This document shows positions 1-8,724 of a DNA stretch of 32,000 nt, piece by piece. The position numbers and the translations under genes are program-made. The stretch is from Halogeometricum borinquense DSM 11551. GTDB taxonomy: Archaea; Halobacteriota; Halobacteria; Halobacteriales; Haloferacaceae. The stretch's first letter is position 1. Every line of letters starts with the position of its first letter. Where the stretch lies: NCBI RefSeq assembly GCF_000172995.2, contig NC_014729.1, positions 2,460,001 through 2,492,000 of the forward strand. Reading direction: 5' to 3'. The notes under the pieces are model-generated. The model did no database searches and was not told where the DNA came from. It saw only the letters and a program-made list of their open reading frames with translations.

Positions 1-914
1 TCACGAGCGCGAGCGCGATGGTCGCTGCCGGTTGTCGGTGCGAGCCAACACTCGTGCGGTGAGAGTGCCGCCACCCCCACACGGTCGCCGCTGTCGAGAA
101 GCGACGAAAACGCCCTCGTCGCGGCATCGACGCTTCGTTCGACGGCGTTCTGTTCGCCCTCGTCGGTAGCGACGTACGCCTCCGAACGGGCGTCGATCAG
201 GAGAACGACCGTTGCGGCGCGTTCTTCGCGGAACTCAAGCGTCGCCATCTCTCCCGTGCGAGCGCGGCGGTTCCAGTCGATACGGTTGAGTGGGTCGCCG
301 CGACGGTACTCGCGGGTCGAATAGAACTCCAACCCGGCCCCGGCGACGTTCGTAGCGACTCGGCCGGTGTACTGCGTCGTCAAGCCTCGAAGCGGCAGAT
401 CAGCGGTCGCTTCGAGCGACGGGGTACACCGGAGGACGGTCGTCTCGTCAGGAGAGATGTCCTCGCTTCGCTCCGTTTCCGCGCTCGGACTACGGACGAC
501 GGCATGGAGCGGATCCCACGCGTGTTCGCCGCGGACAGCCTCCACGGAGTACGAGAACGTCGCCGCCTTTCCGGGGCGAAGCGCTGTTCCGATTCGGGCG
601 GACCCGTCCGTCACCTCCAACGCTGGCGGGACGCCGTCGATCAGTCTGAGGTCCGTGAGCGGCGTCGCGCCGACGTTCCTAACGGTGACGGTCACGCGTA
701 CGTCTTCCCCCGTATCCGGCGTCTGGTTGGAGAGTTCTCGCGTGATGTCGAGCGCCGGAGCGGGCGCATCAGCGAACCACGCGTAGGCGGTGTATGCAAC
801 GCCGACCCCGGCGACGAGGAGGAGCGCCGGTTGCTGGAAAACGACGCCCGCGGCACCGGCGATGAGCGCGGCACCTTCGATTCCGGTCCAGCGGTGCGTA
901 TCGAATCCGTTCAT
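1..914 (-). CDS. DUF58 domain protein (MoxR-type operon member); 3-prime end lies outside the window
   Basis: Absent from the ORF track because it runs off the window edge. My translation from ATG 914-912 gives MNGFDTHRWTGIEGAALIAGAAGVV...EFYSTREYRRGDPLNRIDWNRRARTGEMATLEFREERAATVVLLIDARSEAYVATDEGE..., with no stop down to position 3. The Y-x-x-GD...IDW...AR...EF-EE...LLID pattern is the DUF58 signature. There is an ATGA overlap (911-914) with the upstream gene. Confidence 0.85.
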   Translation of the reverse strand, partial: MNGFDTHRWTGIEGAALIAGAAGVVFQQPALLLVAGVGVAYTAYAWFADAPAPALDITRELSNQTPDTGEDVRVTVTVRNVGATPLTDLRLIDGVPPALEVTDGSARIGTALRPGKAATFSYSVEAVRGEHAWDPLHAVVRSPSAETERSEDISPDETTVLRCTPSLEATADLPLRGLTTQYTGRVATNVAGAGLEFYSTREYRRGDPLNRIDWNRRARTGEMATLEFREERAATVVLLIDARSEAYVATDEGEQNAVERSVDAATRAFSSLLDSGDRVGVAALSPHECWLAPTTGSDHRARAR

Positions 915-1477
915 CGGTGCGCCTCCGTCACGGAGTCGTCGCTCTCGTGAACAGACTCGATAGCGTCAATCGTTCGTGCGGCCCGCGCTGCGGTGGACGA
1001 CTGTCCGCGAACAACCAACCGAACCCGGTCAACCAACGAGAGCGAAACGTCGGCACCGAGATAACGGGCCGCGACGGGGTCAGTCGTCCACGTTCCTTCC
1101 TCGACGTGTCGTTCGGCAACGTCGGCCGAGCAGTTGTCGTGGAAGACGAGCGTTTGAATAGCCGACTCGCGGAGGCGCATCCGAAGGTTGGTCGCATCGC
1201 TCACTCGCCAACCGGTCTTCGACAGACGGCGGTCCACGTCGTCGCCGGGCGTCGGAACTCGGTATCGGAGTTCGGGGTCACCTGTGTCTGCTGCACGATA
1301 GTCAACGCTCCGGCGTCCGAGTGCGTAGCGGAGGCCTTGGGCGCCTGCGACGAGACCGACGACGATGACAAAGACGAACGTCGCGCTCAGACCGGGAACG
1401 ACAAATCCCGCGAGGCCCGCGACGCCGCCGAGAACGGCGATGACGCCGACGCCGGCAGTGATTTTTGTCGTGTTCAT
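911..1477 (-). CDS. hypothetical membrane protein of the DUF4129/DUF58 operon
   Basis: ORF track, 188 aa. The N-terminus has two hydrophobic helices (GVGVIAVLGGVAGLAGFVVPGLSATFVFVIVVGLVAGA) followed by a soluble domain. It shares 4-nt ATGA overlaps with both neighbours (1474-1477 and 911-914). I recognised no catalytic motif. Confidence 0.7.
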   Translation of the reverse strand: MNTTKITAGVGVIAVLGGVAGLAGFVVPGLSATFVFVIVVGLVAGAQGLRYALGRRSVDYRAADTGDPELRYRVPTPGDDVDRRLSKTGWRVSDATNLRMRLRESAIQTLVFHDNCSADVAERHVEEGTWTTDPVAARYLGADVSLSLVDRVRLVVRGQSSTAARAARTIDAIESVHESDDSVTEAHR

Positions 1478-2493
1478 GACGCATCCTCCGCGTAAGCCGA
1501 CTCGATGCGTCTGAGAGCGGTGACCGCACGTTCTTCGCGGTCGGTCGTCGCCGACTGCCCGCCGTACCGAACCTCCTCGAACAGGTGCGTGAGTTCGTCC
1601 ACGTCTTCACGGGTCATTCCGGCATCGACCGCGGCGGATGCGAACTCGCCGGGAGTACTCGTCTGAGGATTCGGAATGTCGAGAAGGGCAGTCATCTCGC
1701 TCCACGCGCGGTACACTTCGTTATCTACGTCGGCGTCGTCTTCGATCCGGTCTGCGGCGGCACCGGCGGCCCGGCCGATGTCGCGGATGTCAACGTCGTC
1801 GTCCTCCTCATGAACCGTCTCGGGGTCCGCCGCAGCGTCGTCGTCTCCGGTCGAGAAGAACAGGAGGGCGACAGCACCGACGAGTGCGAGGACGAGAATA
1901 AACCCGAATATCGCGGTGGGTGCGGCGACAGGACCGTCACCGGACCCAGGGAATCCCCCGCCACCCTGTGGAAGTGAAAACGACCCGTTGCTGGCACCGA
2001 TACTGCTGCCGCCGAAGTCGAGTGCGCGACAAGACGTCAGGAGTGCCCAGAAGACGTATCCGGGGAGACCGAACGTGATACCGATGACGAAAACGGGAAG
2101 CAGCGACCGCGTATCGTAGTAGGTGAGAAGTAGCAATCCGACAAAGACGAGGAGGAGGCCGGCTTGCACGAGCGGTTCCGTCAGTATCGGCAAGCAGAAC
2201 GAACCGAACGTCATCCCACCTCCTTCGGTATCGCTGGGACCGACATCGCCTTCGTCGGACGGACCAATTCCTGTTGAAGCACCTGTTCCGAGACCGCCAC
2301 CGCCTGACCCGCCGGTGACAGCGGTGTCGATGGTGGCCGCCGCCATTCCGAGGGCGAGGACGGCGAGGACGGCGAGGGCGACTGTTCGGGCGGCGTGTCT
2401 ATCCACGCCACGACATACCGGGACACACAGTAAATGCGTTTCGAGGTTATCGTGCGTCACTGACACGAAACCGACTGCCGGAAGCGGTCTCAA
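1474..2493 (-). CDS. DUF4129-like membrane protein
   Basis: ORF track, 339 aa, with several TM segments and Gly-rich loops. The C-terminal region (EVYRAWSEMTALLDIPNPQTSTPGEFASAAVDAGMTREDVDELTHLFEEVRYGG) matches the DUF4129 pattern usually found next to DUF58/MoxR genes. The true start may be GTG at 2406 (VDRHAARTVALAVLAVLALG...) rather than 2493. Confidence 0.75.
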   Translation of the reverse strand: MRPLPAVGFVSVTHDNLETHLLCVPVCRGVDRHAARTVALAVLAVLALGMAAATIDTAVTGGSGGGGLGTGASTGIGPSDEGDVGPSDTEGGGMTFGSFCLPILTEPLVQAGLLLVFVGLLLLTYYDTRSLLPVFVIGITFGLPGYVFWALLTSCRALDFGGSSIGASNGSFSLPQGGGGFPGSGDGPVAAPTAIFGFILVLALVGAVALLFFSTGDDDAAADPETVHEEDDDVDIRDIGRAAGAAADRIEDDADVDNEVYRAWSEMTALLDIPNPQTSTPGEFASAAVDAGMTREDVDELTHLFEEVRYGGQSATTDREERAVTALRRIESAYAEDAS

Positions 2494-2847
2494 GCAGTGA
2501 GAGCACCGCCGACTGGCTGATCTTGCCGATCAACCCTGAGATAATTGGTGGCTGTTAGGGCGGTCGTAGCCGTTCCAGTCGGAGTGGAATTTTCCATTTA
2601 TCTTAGAAAGTTATTGTCAGAATTGATAAAATTTGAAATAGGAGGGTCACTATGGACTATTTGTCCCAACGGGCGTTTTCCCGTGCAGGTGCGTCCGTGG
2701 GACGTGAGACCCCTCAGATTGACGCCGCCAGTCGACACCGCGCACCAAAATCGCCGCCCTCACTTTTCCCCGCGGTTCCCCGATCCGCTGGGATCAGACG
2801 TGATTGCACCGTTGGGTTTAGGTCAATCGAAACTGAATTGACACGAA

Positions 2848-3648
2848 GTGAGCGATATAGGGGACCCATCAATCATCGGGTACGTTACGAGCTCAGCGAC
2901 GCGACAGGCGGTCGTCTTGGCGCTCGCTTCAGAACCGAAGACGACCCGCGAACTCTGCACAAAGCTCAACGCCAGCGAATCAGGTATCTACGGAGCAACG
3001 AACAACCTACGCGACAACGGTGTCCTTGAGGGAACCGAAGACGAGCACTTCCGACTCACCGGTCTCGGTATCGTCGTCGCTGACGCCATCAAACGGCGAC
3101 AACAGTTTGAATCTGTCCTCCAGTCAGACCCCGACTACTGGCGCACGCACGACGTATACGCACTTCCGGACGCGTTCCGCGCTCGTCTTGCCGAACTCGA
3201 CGGGGGTTCGGTGTTCCGCGTCTCCGAGACTGATCCGTCGGGCGCGATACGCCTCATCCACGAAAACCTCCGTGAGTCCGAGCGTGTAGCTATCGCCGCC
3301 CCCGTCTACTTTCCAGACCTCGGAAAAACGCTCCGAGAGGTGTGTGATGACCGGCCTGGCAGACTCCTCGTCACCGACGCCGTCGTCACGGAAATTCGCC
3401 GCCATGCCGACGGCCGCGTTCCGGTCCCGGCGAACCTCAACATCCGCGTCACGGATATCTCGTTCGGCCTCGCGGTTGCGAACGGGATAACATTCCTCTC
3501 GTTACCGCAACTGGACGGCACATACGACCCGCGGACCGAACTTATCGCCGACTCTGAGGCCGCGGCGGCGTTCGGTGACGACCTCTTCGAATGGTTCTGG
3601 CGTGACGCGACGCCGATAGACGATGTCGCATCGACACGTCCGATCTGA
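2848..3648 (+). CDS. winged-helix (ArsR-like) transcriptional regulator with DUF1724/FilR1-type C-terminal domain
   Basis: 266 aa with a GTG start. The N-terminal wHTH reads SATRQAVVLALASEPKTTRELCTKLNASESGIYGATNNLRDNGVLE. The long C-terminal domain is typical of archaeal HTH+DUF1724 regulators. TTTAGG sits about 30 nt upstream of the start, consistent with a leaderless transcript. Confidence 0.75.
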   Translation: MSDIGDPSIIGYVTSSATRQAVVLALASEPKTTRELCTKLNASESGIYGATNNLRDNGVLEGTEDEHFRLTGLGIVVADAIKRRQQFESVLQSDPDYWRTHDVYALPDAFRARLAELDGGSVFRVSETDPSGAIRLIHENLRESERVAIAAPVYFPDLGKTLREVCDDRPGRLLVTDAVVTEIRRHADGRVPVPANLNIRVTDISFGLAVANGITFLSLPQLDGTYDPRTELIADSEAAAAFGDDLFEWFWRDATPIDDVASTRPI

Positions 3649-3726
3649 AGACACCACGTCCGAGCCCCATCACACACCGATCAGAAGCCGCCGCATCTAA
3701 CTGTCGGCCAGCAGAACGGTTCGACA

Positions 3727-5490
3727 ATGTCGAGTGGGCTAGAACAGCAACTCATCGATCTGTTGACCGTCTTTCTCATCGCGGGTGGCGTCGGCGCACT
3801 GTTGGCGAAAATCGGGCGGGTGCCGTACACTATCGCGCTCCTCTTAGCCGGATTCGCCGCCTCCATCGCCGGACTGGAAATCGACATTACTCTCACGCAC
3901 GACATCATCCTCCTCGTCGTCCTCCCACCGTTACTGTTCGAGGGCGCGGCGACGACGGACATCGACGAGTTCCGGTCGAACTTCTCGGTCATGCTAACGC
4001 TGGCAACCGTCGGCCTCGCCGCCTCTATCGTCGTTGTCGGCGTTGTCTCCACGAGACTACTCGGCTACTCGTTACTTCTCGGCCTCCTGTTCGGCACCAT
4101 CATCCTCCCGACGGACCCCGTATCGGTACTGGCGTTGTTCAAGCAGGTTGGCGCGCCTGAACGACTCTCCGTCCTCGTAGAGGGCGAGAGCCTGCTCAAC
4201 GACGGCGTCGCCGTCGTCATCTTCTCTGCACTGCTCGCACTGGTCGAAGCGGGCGATAGCGCGGCAGATCTTGCGACGCTAGAGGGAATCGCCGAACTCG
4301 CCGGTGGGATCATCTTCTCCGCCGGTGGAGGTGCCATCGTCGGACTCGCAGCAGGCTACCTCATCTACCGGCTGATGGCGAATCTCGACGAACACATGAC
4401 TGAAATCATTCTCACGGTCGTTCTCGCCTACGGTGCCTTCCTCGTCGCAGAACACTACCTCCACGTCAGCGGTGTCATCGCCACCGTTGCCGCCGGACTC
4501 CTCATCGGCAACCGTGGCCGTGAGTACGCCATGTCGCCGCAGACGAAGACGGCCGTGTTCAACACGTGGGAGACGGCGGCGTACGTCGTCAACACGTTTA
4601 TCTTCCTTCTCCTCGGCGTGAAAACGCCGATTCGACAGATCATCGCCGAGGCGGAACTGCTCTTGCCCGCAGTCGTCCTCGTCCTCGTCGCACGCGCGGT
4701 TGCGGTCTACCCCCTGACGGAGATTGCAAACCGGTTCTCGGACGCAAACGTCCCGCGGAACTACCAGCACGTTCTCGTCTGGGGCGGCCTCCACGGATCG
4801 ATCCCCATCGCGCTCGTCCTCGGACTCCCCGAGGCTGTCGGCCCGCGACAGCAACTCCGCGTCCTCGTGTTCGGTATCGCCGCGTTCAGCCTCGTCATAC
4901 AGGGACTGTCGATGAAACGGTTCCTCCGCGCCGTCGGCGTCGAGACTTCTGGGAAGGAAGAAGAGCTGTATAATCTCCTCCTCACGCGGGCGAAAGCAGT
5001 TGACGAAGCGCTGGATGAGTCCGAACGACTCCACGAGCGAAATCTCATCCGAACCGACGTGTACGAGCGGTTCCAACGCGAGTACGGCCGCGAAAAAGAG
5101 GAACTGAACACCGTCATTCGTGACCTGCTGGAAGCCGAACCCGCACTGCTTAAACAGGAACTGTTGCAGAGCGAACGGCGCGTTCTCCACGCCGAAGAGA
5201 GCGCGATCACCGACGCGGAGTTGAGTGGCCAACTCTCGACTGAACTCGCAGAGGACCTCATCGCCGAAGTCCACCAGAAACAGGCCCGTCTCGACCGCGG
5301 CGAAACGACGGTGACAAGCGACATCGAACGCGAGGGCTACCGAGAGTTCTGGCGCGAACGCGCAACGGCGTTCGGTCTCGATGTCGGTGAGGACGTACTC
5401 GACGAAACAGCGATGGAAGAACTCACGGACGAATCGGGGTCGAACACGTCCCCGCTCGACGACGAGACTGAAGGTGCCGGAACCGACTGA
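3727..5490 (+). CDS. Na+/H+ antiporter, CPA1 (NhaP-type), with a ~170-aa acidic coiled-coil cytoplasmic tail
   Basis: 587 aa with about 11-12 TM helices. The motifs LLFEGAATTD and ILPTDPVSVLALFKQVGAPERLSVLVEGESLLNDGVAVVIF are characteristic of Na+/H+ exchanger family proteins. Confidence 0.9.
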   Translation: MSSGLEQQLIDLLTVFLIAGGVGALLAKIGRVPYTIALLLAGFAASIAGLEIDITLTHDIILLVVLPPLLFEGAATTDIDEFRSNFSVMLTLATVGLAASIVVVGVVSTRLLGYSLLLGLLFGTIILPTDPVSVLALFKQVGAPERLSVLVEGESLLNDGVAVVIFSALLALVEAGDSAADLATLEGIAELAGGIIFSAGGGAIVGLAAGYLIYRLMANLDEHMTEIILTVVLAYGAFLVAEHYLHVSGVIATVAAGLLIGNRGREYAMSPQTKTAVFNTWETAAYVVNTFIFLLLGVKTPIRQIIAEAELLLPAVVLVLVARAVAVYPLTEIANRFSDANVPRNYQHVLVWGGLHGSIPIALVLGLPEAVGPRQQLRVLVFGIAAFSLVIQGLSMKRFLRAVGVETSGKEEELYNLLLTRAKAVDEALDESERLHERNLIRTDVYERFQREYGREKEELNTVIRDLLEAEPALLKQELLQSERRVLHAEESAITDAELSGQLSTELAEDLIAEVHQKQARLDRGETTVTSDIEREGYREFWRERATAFGLDVGEDVLDETAMEELTDESGSNTSPLDDETEGAGTD

Positions 5491-5598
5491 CGAAGTGACC
5501 GACACGCCGACTGACGAAGTGACCGACACGCCGACCGATGAAGTGACCGACACGCCGCTGACGAAGTGACCGACACGCCGACCGATGAAGTAACCGCG
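5483..5598. repeat. 24-bp tandem repeat, about 4.8 copies (CCGACTGACGAAGTGACCGACACG)
   Basis: Copies lie at 5483-5506 and 5507-5530 (identical), 5531-5554 (2 substitutions), 5555-5577 (1-nt deletion) and 5578-5598 (degenerate). The antiporter stop codon TGA (5488-5490) lies inside copy 1. Confidence 0.95.
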
Positions 5599-5650
5599 TT
5601 TCCAAACCCGGCACCGAAGACATTTGTCCTGATAGTGAAACACGGAACCG

Positions 5651-6667
5651 ATGCGCTCCAATCGGTCTTCTCGGCGGCGTGTCCTCGCTGTCGCGGGAAC
5701 AATCGGGGTCTCAGCCGTCAGCGGATGCACGAACCGAATCTCGACGCTCGCTGACGACCTCGGATCGAACAGCAGTCGGCAGTCGAACGCGACTATCACG
5801 TTCCGACTGACCGGCCGGACATCGACGCTCCGCGAACGGTACGTCAAGGACCTAAACGAGACGCGCGTTCCGTGGGACGAAGACGCCCTCGCCGCGGCCG
5901 TCAACGGGACACCGTACACGACGCAGTTCACCGAACCGTTTGTGACCCGAGAGCCGACGTGGGCAAAACACAACGGGACGTACTACCACCTCGACGAAGT
6001 AGTCGTCGGCGAAGAGAAAGTCACACAGCCGGTGCTTCGACTCAGAGACGAGGGTCGAATCGAAAACGGAGAAGCCGACGCACCGAAACACGTCGAGAAA
6101 GGAACGCTCCCCGAATCGGATCAGAAAGCCGTGGAAGTCGCCTACATGGCTGCTCGCGCACGCGGCAACATTGGGGGTGTTCCGTGGGGACTCGTCCAAC
6201 GCGGCGGCTACGTCTACCGGAATGCGGAAACGGCGAAGGCGAGCGAACTGCTCGACGGTGATGGGCCCGACTACGTCGCCTATCGGGGCCACGTCTGGCA
6301 GGTCGAAACGCAGCGTGAGACGTTCTACGAGGCGGTGTATCGTCCGGACGTCGAACCGGTCGCGGAGACAGCAGACGAAATCGAGGAGGTACTGCGCGGA
6401 CGACTCGTCGGGGCGCGAATCGACCCCGAGTCGCTTTCCCAGTCGGAACGTGACGTATTCCGCGAGGCGCAGAACGGCTACACCGCAGAACATCCGTTCC
6501 CCGAGGCGTTCGTTTCGATACTGAAGCGATTGGATGAACGGGCCTACATCGACGGTAACGTGACGAAAGACGCCGGGACGCAGGACTACCCGGAGCATGA
6601 CGTGATTCGCTACGGAGACGAATACTTCGAGTACAGACTGCGATTGGACGAAGCGAGCGAAAAGTAA
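5651..6667 (+). CDS. Tat-signal lipoprotein, function unknown
   Basis: 338 aa. The N-terminus MRSNRSSRRRVLAVAGTIGVSAVSGC combines a twin-arginine motif, a hydrophobic region and a lipobox Cys. The mature part is acidic and carries several N-x-S/T sequons. Confidence 0.75.
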   Translation: MRSNRSSRRRVLAVAGTIGVSAVSGCTNRISTLADDLGSNSSRQSNATITFRLTGRTSTLRERYVKDLNETRVPWDEDALAAAVNGTPYTTQFTEPFVTREPTWAKHNGTYYHLDEVVVGEEKVTQPVLRLRDEGRIENGEADAPKHVEKGTLPESDQKAVEVAYMAARARGNIGGVPWGLVQRGGYVYRNAETAKASELLDGDGPDYVAYRGHVWQVETQRETFYEAVYRPDVEPVAETADEIEEVLRGRLVGARIDPESLSQSERDVFREAQNGYTAEHPFPEAFVSILKRLDERAYIDGNVTKDAGTQDYPEHDVIRYGDEYFEYRLRLDEASEK

Positions 6668-6828
6668 GTGCGAACCTGACTGTCGATTCTGCGTTCGGGT
6701 CACAGGCTCAGCAGATCTCGTCTCATCCCCGGTCTACGTACTCGGTGTCATAACCCGGTCGGACAATCTGGCTCCATACGTGACGCAGAGAGGAACACCT
6801 ATCCGTATTTACTCACACATATGCGCAC

Positions 6829-7155
6829 ATGAGCGAAGAGACAGAACCGGACGCCGAGGATGTCCAAGTGTCGATGGAGATTACCGGGTCGTACGACGAC
6901 GTGCTGTCGCGGTTGAGTCCCGTCGAGAAGCGTCGAGACGGTATCGACTCGCTGATACAGGATGTCGAAATCGTTCTCGAAACGCTCGAACGGATGGGCG
7001 AGGGAACGCGAAGCGCCATCGCGAAAAACCTCCCCGGAGACACGACCGCAGAGTTGGACGCAGAAGCAGTGGTCGAGTTACTCCACGTTCTCAAACGGTA
7101 CGACCTCGTCGTCCTCGAAGGGAACACGTGGAAGCCGCGTCAGCGAAACGAGTAA
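6829..7155 (+). CDS. small acidic hypothetical protein, possibly winged-helix-like
   Basis: 108 aa, very acidic. The C-terminal half (GEGTRSAIAKNLPGDTT...VVELLHVLKRYDLVVLEGNTWKP) looks like a wHTH recognition helix plus wing. This is a weak call. Confidence 0.55.
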   Translation: MSEETEPDAEDVQVSMEITGSYDDVLSRLSPVEKRRDGIDSLIQDVEIVLETLERMGEGTRSAIAKNLPGDTTAELDAEAVVELLHVLKRYDLVVLEGNTWKPRQRNE

Positions 7156-7194
7156 CGTCGTTCTCGTCTCGAATCGAGGACTAACGGACCCGCG

Positions 7195-7200
7195 TTTTTT
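7195..7200 (+). terminator. oligo-T tract (T6) downstream of 6829-7155
   Basis: cgcgTTTTTTgtcg lies 40 nt after the stop codon, between convergent genes. Archaeal termination commonly uses oligo-T tracts. Confidence 0.35.
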
Positions 7201-7233
7201 GTCGATCCGTTTCCGCGAGGGACGACCAAGCCG

Positions 7234-8658
7234 CTACTTCGAGAAGCGGTCCGCCTCGGCAACTGCGTCGGGCGCGTAGACGACGCCAGCGCCGATGTCG
7301 GGGCTACTTTTTCCTTTGCTGAAGCGGGCAGTTCGCTCGATAACGTTCTGAACCTGCTTGGCCGTCAGGTCGGGTGCAACTTCGCGGACGAGGGCGACGA
7401 GTCCGGCCACCTGCGGCGCGGCCATCGACGTCCCAGCGTACCACGCGTACTGCGACCCGTCGTTCAGATCCGCGGGCACCGACGAGTAGACGAGGTTCAG
7501 CGGGTACGGCCACTCGGTATCCGGTGCTAGCGTCTTCTCCACTGTCTCGTAGCCGCCCCCGGGTGCGCCGACATCGACATCGCTGGTGCCGTCGTTCGAG
7601 TAAAACGCTCGTTCGTTACCCGGCCCGGTCGCCGTGATACTCATCGCGCCGGGGACGCTGTTCGGGAGCGTGTAGTAGCCACCCTGTTGGAGGTTCGAAG
7701 AAGCGTTACCTGCACTTGCAGTCACGACGGTGCCGCGTTTGACCGCGTTCTGGATGACAGTCTGGTAGGCGACGTGTTCGCCCGACTTGTGCGCTGAGCC
7801 TTTGATGACGCCGCCGCCGAGGCTCATGTTCGCCGCGTCGGCGTTCGTCTCAGGCGCGTACTCGATTGCACTCAAGATGTCGAAGTCCGTCGTCGCCAGC
7901 GTCGTGACCGTGACGTGCTCTTCTGCCTCGCCGTCGCCGTCTTTGTCCCACGGGAAGTTCTCGACTTTCTTCCAGTAGAACACGCGAAGCGGGACGGCCT
8001 CGGCGTCGGGTGCCATCCCGGCAATGCCAGTCGTACCGGTGTTGTTCCCGGTGGAGATGCCCGCACAGTGGGTTCCGTGCGAATCCACGTCGTCGGCCGC
8101 CGCTTGCGTGCGCAGTTTCGGTGCGCCGAGGTACGTGTACGACTCGATTTCCTCACTTTCGGGCGGGAGTCGCGCCTGAATCGTCGTATCGCCAGCGACG
8201 GTGGGAGTCCCGGTCGGACTCGATATCCCGTCGGCACGGAACAGTTTGCCGTCCGCTGTCGCGGTGGTCAGGTCAGGATGATCCGTCTCGATTCCCGTGT
8301 CGATGATAGCGACGCGTCGGCCGGACCCCGTTGCTGTGTCGTGCGCCTGAAACGCACCCGTGGTGTCGTCGTGTTTGTCCCACTGCGTTTCGGCGTACTC
8401 GTCGTCCCGCGAACCCTCGGAACTCGTTGCCTGCTTTGCCGGACCGAGCAGTCGATACACCTCGTTCGAGTCCGCGGACTTCACGCCGCTGACGCGTTGG
8501 ATAGCCGACTTCGATCCGCCGATAACGAGGTGGACGGAGTCGTCCCCGATGGACTTCACTACCTCGAATCCCTCGCGTTCGAGTCGCTTCCGAACACCCT
8601 TGCCAGAAGCGGTTACGATGTACTGGTTCCGGCCGTCTTCGGCGCTTGCTGTCCCCAT
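7234..8658 (-). CDS. subtilisin-like serine protease (peptidase S8, halolysin-like); the true N-terminus probably extends to about 8724
   Basis: 474 aa from the first ATG. The catalytic triad contexts are VAIIDTGIETDHPDL (Asp), DSHGTHCAGI (His) and GTSMAAPQVAG (Ser). An I9-like propeptide sits at the N-terminus. An in-frame Tat signal lies upstream of the ATG (see findings). Confidence 0.9.
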   Translation of the reverse strand: MGTASAEDGRNQYIVTASGKGVRKRLEREGFEVVKSIGDDSVHLVIGGSKSAIQRVSGVKSADSNEVYRLLGPAKQATSSEGSRDDEYAETQWDKHDDTTGAFQAHDTATGSGRRVAIIDTGIETDHPDLTTATADGKLFRADGISSPTGTPTVAGDTTIQARLPPESEEIESYTYLGAPKLRTQAAADDVDSHGTHCAGISTGNNTGTTGIAGMAPDAEAVPLRVFYWKKVENFPWDKDGDGEAEEHVTVTTLATTDFDILSAIEYAPETNADAANMSLGGGVIKGSAHKSGEHVAYQTVIQNAVKRGTVVTASAGNASSNLQQGGYYTLPNSVPGAMSITATGPGNERAFYSNDGTSDVDVGAPGGGYETVEKTLAPDTEWPYPLNLVYSSVPADLNDGSQYAWYAGTSMAAPQVAGLVALVREVAPDLTAKQVQNVIERTARFSKGKSSPDIGAGVVYAPDAVAEADRFSK

Positions 8659-8724
8659 CGCACCGAGTGCGACCGTACTTCCGACAACACCTTTGAGAAG
8701 TGTCCGTCTGCTAAGTGATTGTAT

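Noticed and set aside
2123-2500. Plus-strand Pro/Ser/Thr-rich ORFs opposite the DUF4129-like gene, including its Gly-rich loops
   Set aside because: They are the mirror image of Gly-rich and acidic coding sequence on the minus strand, with no independent support.
5381-5569. 62-aa ORF encoding PTDEVTDT repeats as an independent gene
   Set aside because: Its first 30 codons overlap the antiporter tail out of frame and read as basic nonsense. Only the repeat part looks protein-like, so I treat it as a property of the tandem repeat and not as a gene.
5483-5598. Possible CRISPR array
   Set aside because: The copies are directly adjacent with no spacers, the unit is only 24 bp with no palindromic core, and no cas genes are present.
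4279-5973. 564-aa minus-strand ORF antisense to the Na+/H+ antiporter and the tandem repeat
   Set aside because: The sequence is Arg/Val/Asp-rich nonsense with no motifs. It lies opposite a well-supported transporter gene. Long antisense ORFs are expected in GC-rich DNA because stop codons are rare.
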